Below, in pieces: positions 52,745-64,000 of a stretch of 64,000 nucleotides of DNA. The DNA comes from Oculina patagonica (Eukaryota): NCBI RefSeq assembly GCF_052425735.1, contig NC_135766.1:20894001-20958000 (forward strand), read 5' to 3'. Position numbers and translations under genes: made by a program. Position 1 is the stretch's first letter. The number at the start of each line of letters is the position of its first letter. The notes under the pieces are model-generated. The model made no database searches and was not told the DNA's origin. It saw only the letters and a program-made list of their open reading frames with translations.

Positions 52745-55700
52745 TTACCGCTCGGTTTTTGGGCGTTTCTCGACCCAGGCCTTGATCCCGGGAACGTCGA
52801 GCACGCGCTTATAATGATCCGTCAACTTTGGATATTTGCTGAGTTGCATAGGAACGTCTGTTTTACCTTGCACCAGAACGCTGTTGAAGAAGTCGAAGAA
52901 CGCGATGTCGGCATAGGTCAGCTGAAGAAAATAGGAAAATAGCCGTGGGATAAGCAAAATGAGATTAACAAAACTTAATTCTTTCCAAGCAAAATTAGGT
53001 CGTTTCAGATCGATTGCTTTTGGTCCATAAATCAGATTTATGTAGAGGAAAGCATATATGGAAGGAAATTGTCCTTTTAAATTACCGTATTTATTCGATT
53101 AAGCGCCCACCTTGAATAAGCGCCCACCCTGTAGGCAGGAAAAGTTAATAAGCGCCCAGCCTCGAATAAGCGCCCACCCCACCCCCCTAAAATGAGGGCA
53201 TAAGAGGAAAGTTTGACTATTGTTTTAGTTAACGTTAAGATTAAAATTGACTAAGTACTACTAAGAGACTATCGCGAAGACCGTTTTTTTTTTAGCTTTT
53301 TTTACTGAAACTTTCAATGAACATTAAAAATTCAGCTTTCGTACAACTTCGCGTTTAGTTATTATACATTGTTTTCTTGCAAAATAAACGTACTACTTGC
53401 TAAAAATAGTGAAAATTTAATAAGCGCCCAGTCTCGAATAAGCGCCCACCTCGAATAAGCGCCCACCCTCAAGGTCCAAAAATTTAATAAGCGCCCAGGG
53501 CGCTTAATCGAATAAATACGGTAAGTGCTCGTAACTCCAAGGAGCTAAATATTCACACTCACATTGGGGGCATCATTACTCATTCCTTCATTACTTGTTA
53601 ACGGCATTATAAGCAGTCTGGCAAAGTTCCCCAACCAGTGTTGTAAAATTATCCCTGAAAATACCCAAGGGAAGTGTCTTAAAGTTAAAATTAAGGGGGT
53701 TTGTAACGGGTTATACCGTTGCTATGGTTACTGCTATAGAATATTGGTAGTACTGGTGCTCCGCTCATTAAACTGTCCATCAGTGAACTCAAGGTCAATA
53801 GTGCAACAACACTCTGTCATTTTCAATTGGTTGTATCGCACAATTTCATTTCTTACCTTGTCACCCAGAAAGAAAGGGCCTTTTAGGAGAGCGTCGAATT
53901 TTTCAAGGCGCGCCGGGATTGTCGTTTCATGGAACTCCTTCTTCAGTTCCTCCTGTAAAACGGACAAGAAAAATAATTATAATAAACACACACACACACA
54001 CCGGTCCTCGTTACACTGTACGGTTCCAGACCCCGGTTATAATGAGTCAAACGATACGCAATGCAACGGTTTTCCTCGATAAACAACAACAAAAACTCAT
54101 AGTTTATTGAAGGGAAATGGTTATGAAGCCCAGCAAATATCTAAAGAGCAAACAAAGAGGCCAAGATTTATTCAATTTATGTTGGAAGGTCAACGACCAT
54201 GCACATCATTTGTTTTGCACTCATACACTATGTATGAATTACGTAAGCGCAATGTTTCTATTTGTTAGTTGCATGAACACACGTAACCACCTATTATATT
54301 TTGTCAGGTTTTGTGCAGGGTCAACCCCCAAAATAGCGAACAATAACATACAACAAAGAACTTTGCCTGGCTTTCTCACCATTTCCCTCTATTTTATTAA
54401 CTGTAAGCTACAACGCTTTGTCAACAAGTGCCTCAGAAAGATCCTCAAGATTTACTGGCCAAAAAAGATCAATAACAAAGAACTTTGGAGCAGGACAGGA
54501 CAAGAGCATATACCAACTGAGATAGCAAGAAGGAAATGGGCTTGGATCGGCCACACACTAAGAAAACCAGGCACTGACACCACCAAGCAGGTCTTAAAGT
54601 GGAACCGCAGGGGAAAAGAAAGGTGGGAAGACCTGCTAAGACCTGGAGAAGATCAACTGAGGAGGAGTTAAAGAAAGCTAACATCAGCTGGAACGCAGCA
54701 GAGAAGGCGGCAGCAAATAGAGTTCGGTGGCGAAGCATGTTGACGCCCTTTGCTCCACCAGGAGCCTAAAGGAATAAGTCAAGTTATTAACTGTGAACAA
54801 CTAAAACAACCTAGTACCTTTTTAGCCTGATCCTTTTCAAAATGGATCTTGATGTTACTACTAAAGAGATCATTCACAGTGTCACTTATCATATCAGCCA
54901 CTGCTTCATCAAAAGGGTCAGCTGGACATAACCCTGTAAACGGTAGAGAGGTAAAGTACAACGGGAAGTTTTATGCAGCAAGGCTCGCACTTGGAAAGGC
55001 ACGCGCAAGTGGCAAAGCCGCGAGGAACGTGTCGGCGAGAAGCAAGAAGAGCGAGTCTGGGGCGGATCGTTGTCGCGGCTTTGCCGTACGGTTTAAGAGT
55101 CCTAAGGGACGGGCCATTATTTTCTTGGAGAGGGGGAGGGATTTTCCTCTGTAAACATTTTTTTTTAGTTTATGCACCTCTGCAAACATTCCTATTTTTC
55201 GAAATGCAAACTTTATTTGATTTTGTTATACGCATCTTTTTTGCAAACAATTTATTTTGTCTTTCTAGGCTCTGCAAACAATTTTTTCAATATTTTCCAT
55301 GCCCCCTCCCCCCTCCAAAAAATAATATTCCGTCTCTAAAAGTAACTCTGCTCGCAGGTTAGCACTTAAAGGGACTGTGTCACAGCTACGTTTGTTCTTG
55401 TTTTTAAAAGTTTAGCCAAAACCTCGCTGTGAAACATAATTTTTATTGTGAAATAACTTCTATGGATCTATTTGAAAAGAAACATAGCTTGGTTACAAAC
55501 AAATATTTCTACCTGGAGTTAACTAACAAACAAATGAAATGATAACTTTTTAAAGTGTTTAGCCTAACAGTCTTTCAAAAACCCATATCGCAATCCATTT
55601 TAATCTACATGAATTATCTCGATTATTGTCTTTTTTTGTATTTGTTGTGTTATTGAAATGTTCCTACCCTGTTTTGAGTAGTTATTTTAAAATATATATC

Positions 55701-57900
55701 TCATTCAATCTCAGGTGGCCATTTTTGTATGTCTAAACTTAGCTAAATTCCATGTACAGGTTTAAGAGATAAAAAAAAAAAAATAGTGTCACTTCTTGAA
55801 TTCATATAATACCTGCTTGTTTACATATGTACTTCATAATTGCTCCAGACTGGCTAAGCGCTTTTCCTTCAGGTGTCACAATAAATGGTATTTGACCGAA
55901 AGGAGACCTGCCAGCTGAAACAACAAAATGGTATTATTACTGTACATTGTATAGACTTTCTCTATTCTAACTGGTTACAATTGAAAGCAATTGGCTAATT
56001 CATGCTAACATCGTATTTTGATGTCATATCTACACTGAGATAATATATAGAAATATGAAGCCAAAACTAACGTCACTTCTAGATCTTGAGATAATTTATA
56101 TAAAGTACATATAATAGCATCGTGCAAATGCCTCCTTTTCCCGCCTTGCTAGGCTTGTTTTTAGATCTACTGAATAGTGTAAAAGAATGAAACTACTGAT
56201 ACTATTTGAAGAAAAAATATACAAGCAAACAAAAAAAGTAATAAACAATAAGGACGCGAAAAACACAAAACGAACGAGGACAGCTCTGTTACGACAATAT
56301 TCTCCAGTATACCAGCGAGCATAAAAGGGGTTTATATTATACTATTGTTAGCGGCTACTATTTTAGCGATTTTAGCGAGTTGGACAAAAATCGCTTCGGC
56401 AATTTAGTGCACGCTAAAATTTGTCTCCGTCAAATTTAATACTCGTTAAATTCAAGTACTGTACCCTCCCCCTCCACCTCTCACCCGAAAAAATCGACTT
56501 GAAAAATTATTTTTAAAATAGGCGCCGGTAATTTTGTGCAATGCACTTTCTGGCAATGCAAATGTTCGTTCAATTTCAAGTGAGTTTGTTCTTTTACTGA
56601 ACATTTATTTCCATCTTAGCTATATGTTTATTTCCATCTAAAAGTCGCTTAATCTTGCTCTGTAAACATCTCTAAAATTAGTAGCCGCTAAAAATAGTAA
56701 CGTTAAGGAAGTTAAGAAACGCCGAGCGAAAAAATGGCGAGGCAGCCTCCCTCCCCTAATTTTTTTTTTTTTCGCTCGCCGTTCTTGGCGCCGCTTCCCA
56801 ACTAACCGAACGCCTGGAACAGGCTATACTGCTTTATAAAATCGGGCGACGAATATCAAATTGGACGGGGTATATTCTCTGATACCCGTCGTCCGATTTG
56901 ATATTCCGTGATGTGTTTTGTCCAATAAGCGCCCGCGAAAATAAGTCGGTGTGCGTGACCTCGCGTGACTGTCTCCATATAATCGTGTCAGGAGACTGAG
57001 AGACTTGACCTTGGTATGACAGATGATTCCTTGGTAAGGTGATTACTATGCAGACTTTGAAAATGTCACGAGACGAATACAATGGATATCAAATTGTGTT
57101 TAAATTAGATGTCTTGCGAAACAAAAGTTATCGAGGAGTTTTATGCAAACACGACAAAGAAGCATAAAACAAAATCCATTCAAAGTCGACAAAAAAATAA
57201 AATATTCTCCTTCGTGGTCACTCTCTCTTGATACGCATTTTCAAGGAAAAGATATGTAAAAAGACTTAAAATTAAATCGCACATGCAGACGTCCTCGTTG
57301 TTGTTGCCGGCGTGGTATAATTAAACGCACTAATGTCTGTTTCAAAACGTAGCTACGCCGACAATAACGAAATTAACTAATAATAATAATAATAATCATT
57401 TGTATAGCGCCCTTTCCATACGTTCGGGCGTTGTTGACGAGGGCATTGTGATTATATCACAAGCCGCTAGCGATTAAAATACAAGAGTGTCGAATGGTAA
57501 ATTAGAGATTTTGCGAGACGGCGTGACTGATATCTCTTCTGCGAGCCTGAGATCTTTTTAGCCCAGCAAAAGGAATCAACACTCCGAGAATGCGGTTCAG
57601 GAAAGTTTTAGACGACGCGCGAGATCCCTGAAATTTGGATATCTAGTTCTGCGAGACGCGCATGTTTTGAACCATTCACCACCCCTACCTAAGAGAACAG
57701 CGTTTGGCATAGGAAAAACCAACTGCTTGCAGAGCGAGGATGCCCCGTGTATCAGAGCTTGTCTACTTACATGCTTTCTCTTTCCATTCATCGTTACCCA
57801 AACGAACATCTTCGAATTCTATATTCGCAGCGGCAAAGGAAAGACGCAGAATTTCTGCCCTGCCGCGAATGTTAACGTAGTAACACTTGTAGCCAGACAT
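52745..57900 (-). CDS. Sigma-class GST H, 206 aa; exons 57900-57771, 55914-55813, 54933-54818, 53952-53857, 52921-52745
   Basis: MSGYKCYYVNIRGRAEILRLSFAAAN.../SGRSPFGQIPF...QSGAIMKY.../EELKKEFHETTIPARLEKFDALLKGPFFLGDK/LTYADI...KRPKTER*. 621 nt in frame, GT-AG. Confidence 0.92.
53085..53521. mobile_element. Tc1/mariner-type MITE, TA TSD
   Basis: TA|CCGTATTTATTCGATTAAGCGCCC...GGGCGCTTAATCGAATAAATACGG|TA with AATAAGCGCCC subterminal repeats. Confidence 0.85.
54405..54783 (+). mobile_element. 5'-truncated RTE-clade LINE in GST H intron 3
   Basis: KLQRFVNKCLRKILKIYWP...NKELW...RRKWAWIGHTLRK; short TAAGTCAAG tail; TTATTAACTGT duplicated at 54394-54404 and 54784-54794. Confidence 0.8.
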
Positions 57901-58919
57901 TCTCTGCTGCAGTTTTCTCGTTATGCACCGAATTCGATCACACCTCAAAAGATGTTAAAGCTGACCGAAGAAAGACTCAGCATCACTCCCAGGGAAAGGG
58001 GGGGGGGGGGGCATACCCAGGATTGTTTTGGGTGGGTATGTGCCGCTCGGGTGTACAAAGTAGCAACCCCGTTTTAGAAATAGATTTTATTCAAAATGAT
58101 ACCCCGTTCTAGAAACAGGTCATTTTTTACGCTCTGTTTAGATTGCCAATTTTTTTTTCTAGGAATCATTGGCTCTAAAATGGACTGACCTGTTCTAGAT
58201 CTAAAGCCCAAAAGAGCACGACTCCGTTGAGCGGCACATATCTGCATAGGTATTTCTTGGGGGGGGGGGGGGGTGTCAATTAGCGTGGAAAATAAATTTA
58301 TCCCCTGTGTCAAGGCAGAGACCTCACTCGCCAAGTACTGTAATCCCATATGGCAACTCCTTAATAACTGTTTGTTTCACTATTATTTCGAAGGGTTACC
58401 CCATGGATAAATTGGCCGGGGAACCAAAACACTGAAGAGAACAAGACAGATAGGTAAAAACATGCCGGGAAAAAGTTTACTTCCGAAACAGTGCTCTTGG
58501 GATACCAATCTACTATTCAATCTCGTCGCTAGAGCCCGCTTTTCGTTTGGTCAGCGCCCAGAACGTGGGCACTGGCCAAGTCCGATTTTTCTTAGCATGC
58601 GCAGCGTTCTCGATTGTCAGCCAATTTGGTTTGAGCAAAATATTCTCTGATTCTGCGCAACCACCGGTAATCCACAAATCACGGACTTTCAAATCGGACT
58701 TCGCCAGAGTCCGTTCTTGGTGCTGACCAAAATGGAAGCCTTTCCTGGGGACGAGATTGCATATCTATCAAGATATTGGAGAAGTATGTTAAAAAACTCA
58801 AGATAGATACTTTAACACTTCAAAAGTTTGCTTTTTATTTCAGTGTTTACACTTTAAACTCTAACATCTATTTAGTCATCCGGAACCCATGACCGAAAGT
58901 AGACGGTGAAACCAGTTGT

Positions 58920-59540
58920 TTAAAAGTCGGTTTTTGGGCGCTTCTCGACCCAGGCCTTGATTCCAGGAACGTCAAGTACGCGCTTGTAATGTTCCGCCAA
59001 CTTTGGATATTTGCTGAGGTGCTCAGGAACTTCTGGTTTACCTTGCCCCAGGAAGCCGTTGTTTATTTCGAAGAACGCGATGTCAGCATAGGTCATCTGA
59101 AGAAAATAAGAATATACAGCCGTCTGATAAGCAAATAAAATCAACGATTGCAAACTGTGGATTATCACAAAAGTTTTCCAGACTGACATCAGAGGAAAGT
59201 TTGCGTTTTGCGTGATTGTGGTTTTTGTTTTAAATTGCAAAAATTTGATGCTGGAAAAAAAGGAAGTAGCTCCTTTGAACAAACAAAAGTCGTTAAAATT
59301 ATGTGTCGCCAAATATTTCTTTTCGAAAATCGCGAAATTAAATGCCGCGAAAATTTCGTGAAGCAAAGTAGTATTTAAAAAACCCGGACGGAGAATGTGA
59401 AATACCATCAAGCAAAACATTGCCGCTAACATGTACAAGGAAAAGTGAAGACTAGAACTAAAGGTCAGTTGCATCTCTACCGCGCCCCTTCTCAGTCTTC
59501 TCACTCTTGTCTGTCTCTCATCGCTTCAGGTTGATGACGA

Positions 59541-59574
<34 letters not shown>

Positions 59575-62500
59575 ATTGTTGTTTTCAGTTTAAGTCGCTA
59601 TTTCATAGAATGTAATATAGACTGTCCCACCTCTTTTTTTTTTTTTTTTTTGGGGCGCGCGGTAGGGGATGCCGGAGGGGGGGGGGGGGGGGGATAATGG
59701 TAATAGGACTGAGTGGAGTTTAATTCGGTCTGTAATCTGTACGAGAGATTAACAAAATCGGACGACCGCGAAGCGGGAGTCAGTTTTGTCTACTTTTGAA
59801 TACGCTTACAGACAAAATTGGACGACGCAAAGCCCTGTTACCAATTAATCAATCATAACTAGAAAAAAAAAAGAATAAGACTAAGAAATTTATACTTCCC
59901 AGTACCAGTAGCTATCCCTTACGTTCAGACCCCAGTTCATCCGGTAATGGTGCCTCATTAATTTACTAAAATATAAATTGCAAATATGAGGTGTGCCTCC
60001 GGCTTGCCGCAGCATCCAATAAAAATCCTGCCGAATTCCCTAAAGAAACTCTCTCTAAAAAAAAATGCCAGCTGGTATGTGGGAAGATTTTCTCAGAATT
60101 TTGGTTGTACTTGTACCCCGCTCATTAGACCGTCGATCAGTGAGGCCCCATTAGGGGTTTTAGGGATACGAGATATTTGGGGAAAAAATATAGGGATACG
60201 GGATATTTCAGAGAAAAATTATAGGGATACGGGATATTAAGAAAAGATATTTGGGTTTTACATGAAATTTTCGCGACATTTATTTCGCGAATTCGCGATC
60301 TAAAAAAATCGCGAAATTAAGTGACGCGAACAATAAGCGTCGCGAACATAACATGACGCGAATGTTAAGTGACTCGCATATGTCAGTAATCAATGTAAAT
60401 GGATGTTGTCGTCAATTGACTAACTTGTAGACATTGTGAGAACTGCTCTGTTGTTGCTAATGCCGAGATTATGTCCCCCCTGCGTTTGTGTTAATTTTGA
60501 CGTTATTGTTCCTTCGATGAAGTCGTTTTATATAATTCAAAGGCATGTCAAAGTAATGTAAATTATGCCACTCAAAAACGCGAAATTAAAGTGATTCAAA
60601 ATACAAAATTTTCGCAAAAGCGCGAAATTTAAGTGTCGCGAAATATGTGCACCTCAAAATCGCGAAATTAACGTGTCGCGAAAATTTCATGTAATAAGGT
60701 ACGAGATATTTGGGGAAAAAATATAGGGATACGGGATATTTCAGGGAAAAATTATAGGGATACGGGATATTAAGAAAAGATATTGTGGGATATCGAACTA
60801 ATGGGAATTAGTGGGAATTAATGGGATACGGGATATTTAGTCCAAAAATTAATGGAATACGGATACTCGCCCCCCCCCCCCCCCCCGCCTCCCCCTAATG
60901 GGGCCTCATCAGTGAATGTCAACAGTGCAACAATATGCTGTCGGTGTCAATTGGTTGCATCCAATATCATTTCTTACCTTTTCACCCAAAAAGAAAGGAC
61001 CTTTAAGAAGAGCGTCGAATTTCCCAAGGCGTGCCGGGAGCGTGGTTTCAAAGTATTCCTTCTTTAGTTCCTCCTGTAAAACGGACAAGAAACTTACACT
61101 GTCGGTTCCACGAACCCCGGCTATAATGAGTCACACGATACTTGTTGCAACAGTCTTCCCCGCAAAACAACGACAACAACCCACCTTTTTAGTCACATCC
61201 TTTTCAAAATAGATCTTAAGTTTACCATTAAAGAGATCAGTAACACCATTAGTTATCATATCAGCCCCTCTTCCTCAAAAGTATCATCTGGGAAAAACCC
61301 TGTAAACGAAGTGCAACGACAAATTTTATTGCAAGCGAAAACTTGAAGATCATCTGCGCCAGCGGAAAATGTTAAATCAAGCACTAATTAGCCTGCGAAC
61401 AGGCAGGTTTAAGAGACAGAAATAACTGTGTCACTGATTAAATTCATATAGCACCTCCTTTTCTGCATATGTACTTCATAATTGCCCCAGACTGGCCAAG
61501 CACTTTTCCTTCAGGAGTCACAATGAATGGTATTTGACCAAGAGGAGGCCTGCCAGCTGAAACAACAAAGTGGTATTATTAATAAAGCAAACTGCTAATT
61601 CACGCTAAAATCGCATTTTGACGTTATATTAGTACAGACAATAGGATTATACGTGCAGAACTGACGTTATTAATTTCCAGAGTTATTAGAGTATTACCTT
61701 TCGCGCGCCCTTTGTAGGGGTTGAACCCAGGCGCAAGAAGAGAGAGTCTAAGGCCCAGGGCAAACGTCGAACTTCACATGAGACGAACGTAATGCAAATT
61801 AGTAAAAGATATTGTTTTTGGTCATTTGCATTAGATGCGATTCATGTGAAGTTCACCGTTTGGCCGGGGCCTAAGATAGCTTGCATGCGCATGCTCAGAC
61901 TCTCTCCATGCTCTCCTCCTGGCCTCTCTCTTCTCCCGCCTGAGCGCACGGAAGAGAGAGTTCAGGGACTTGACTAAAACGACCCGGAATTTGCCGCAGC
62001 TAATAATTTTTTTAGCGCGAATTGTATGTTGAGTTGAACCGACAATGGCTCGCCAAAGTTGAACACACCGCACTGATACTACACTGTACCGCACTTATTC
62101 GATTAAACACCGCGGCGGTTACACTCTTTCTATTTTATAAGAACCGTTTTTATAACGCTGAGGCTGAGATTTGCCCCCAAATTTAAGAAAATGCATGGGC
62201 TAAATTAAGAACATCCTCAGGCTCAGCCAAATTTTACGCGTTCTTATACAATTATATAAAAGAAGAGTGTATTAAATTTTTCGTAATTCGAGTGCGGCGT
62301 TTATTCGAGGACGTAATGGAATAAATACCCCGGCGGTATTCAACGCAAATAGTTCTGCAAAGGTGATGGCAAAACAAAGTTTTTCAAATCTTCAGTGTAT
62401 CGTTGTCATGTAAGTTGTTTACAAACTTGTCTTTTTTTTTTTTTTTTAGCGCGAAACTGCGGGGGGGGGGGGGGATATGCCGATCCCCCCCCTCTCGCAG

Positions 62501-63410
62501 TTTCGCGCTATTTTTACCCGCATTTTCGCGTTTCCCTCGCCCCACTAATTAACTGCCCCTGGGTCTCCGAGGGTGGCTTAATCTCATCCAATAATTGTCA
62601 CTTCATCCAGTGATCCAGAGTCATGCGTGCCTTTTAGACCGACTCCATATAATTGTGTTACTTGACCTGGGTATGACAGATGCATGATGATTCCCCCTGT
62701 TACGACACACATAGAATGGAACTTAAATAGTGTATAAATTAAGACGTCTTGCGAAACATTAATTTAGCAACCACGGCGGCGACGCGGAGAACAAAGACAA
62801 AAAATTGAAACATTCCCTTTTATGGTTACTTTCTCTTGTTACGCATTTTCAAGGCAAAGTAATGTACAGAGATTTAAACTGCACGTGCAGAAATGTTGTA
62901 CTGCTCATAAACTCGCGTTGTTGTTGCCGGCCTGGTTCGCTTCAACTCCATAATGTCTATTTCAGGACGTAGCTGCATCGACAATAACGAAATTAACTGA
63001 GGAGGGGTTTGGAAATAAATCACGATCGGTAGCGAGTCAAATCTCCAGCAGTGCTCGTGACTGAAACATGTATATTTATTATTTTTGTTTTCTTTTCCTA
63101 CTAGAACAAATATTTATTTTGCTACATTTCAAGACTTCGCTTTAAGAATGCCTACCTTGCAAGTAGTTGCTTTCTCCTACGCTGAACTCTGTTCTTGTAG
63201 CTTAACGTTCGGCGTAGGAGAAAACTCAGGTGCTCGCCGGGTTAGGATGCCCCGTGTGTCAGAGCTTGTCTACTTACATGCTTTTTCCTTGGCCCATTCC
63301 TCGTCATCCAAACGGATATCTTCGAATTCTATATTCGCAGCGGCAAACGAAAGACGGCAAATTTCTCCTCTACCACGACCGTTAGCGTAGTAACACTTGT
63401 AGCCGGCCAT
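58920..63410 (-). pseudogene. Sigma-class GST I; exons 63410-63278, 61556-61455, 61299-61185, 61073-60978, 59096-58920; 1-nt deletion in exon 3 (pseudogene or sequencing error)
   Basis: MAGYKCYYANGRGRGEICRLSFAAAN... The exons are otherwise intact. Exon 3 is 115 nt versus 116 in all paralogs, which gives GAG GGG CTG ATA TGA (early stop) near 61265. Confidence 0.65.
60142..60907. mobile_element. MITE with GGGATACGGGATAT repeats and a nested MITE fragment
   Basis: TIR GAGGCCCCATTAGGGG, flanked by ATCAGT on both sides. Confidence 0.7.
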
Positions 63411-64000
63411 TCTCTGCTGTAGGGAGTTTCCCTTTCCGTGCAAAGTCGAACGCACCTCCAAAGCTAACTAAAGCCGGCCAAAGAAGCGTCACTTGTCGGG
63501 TAGCCTCTAACAAATGTTCTTTGGGCTCGTCACGCAACAAACGTCACGGGCAACAAAAGTATTGACGAATTGTGTGGTCCTGTTAAATATGGCCACGGCA
63601 ATTGCAAGTATAAATATAAACCTATCTCAGATGATCCCACACTTGTGGTATCATCTGTGCCATGTCAAGAGTGATCAAACTAGCGAACTAGTGAGCCTTT
63701 GGGGCGGCAATGGCACACCCTAGTTAGAGTGCTTGAAAAGGAACTTATGAAGGAGCGTATTTATATCACTAGTCTCTACGTTACCAGATCACGGTATTTT
63801 AGGTACTGATTCTATTTACTTTCGTCAATTATAAGCTCTAAGCTTCAAGTTATATCAGAGCAACGCCCGGAGGAACGCATAACCCCTTTACGACCCTGCG
63901 ATTTTTTAGCATGTGCAGTGTTCTCATCACCGATGGTCAGCCAATCAGCTTTGACCGGAACTTTTTTCGTTCCTTTTTTTAACTTTGATTCTGCACACAA

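Overview
Eukaryotic, AT-rich, intron-containing DNA; the repeat landscape (tRNA-derived SINEs, many MITEs, Penelope, poly-G/C runs) suggests an anthozoan such as a stony coral (inference). The window is a tandem cluster of nine sigma-class (HPGDS-like) glutathione S-transferase loci, here labelled A-I (orientation + + - - + - + - -). All share one 5-coding-exon architecture with intron phases 1,1,0,0. A is cut by the window edge and E runs into an N gap. C has a broken splice donor and I has a 1-nt frameshift. The most novel item lies in the 9.2-kb first intron of GST-B: two antisense, two-exon paralogous genes (174 and 176 aa) encoding secreted precursors. Each has a signal peptide, an acidic pro-region with a dibasic site, and a 13-14-Cys domain whose framework I cannot assign to a named family. 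Both have matching TATA/Inr promoters. Also present: a Penelope fragment carrying an intact minimal hammerhead ribozyme, a relic palindrome centre between GST-E and GST-F, a probable gene-conversion tract, many nested transposons, and a ~2.5-kb stretch (42.4-44.95 kb) that looks like unpolished long-read sequence.
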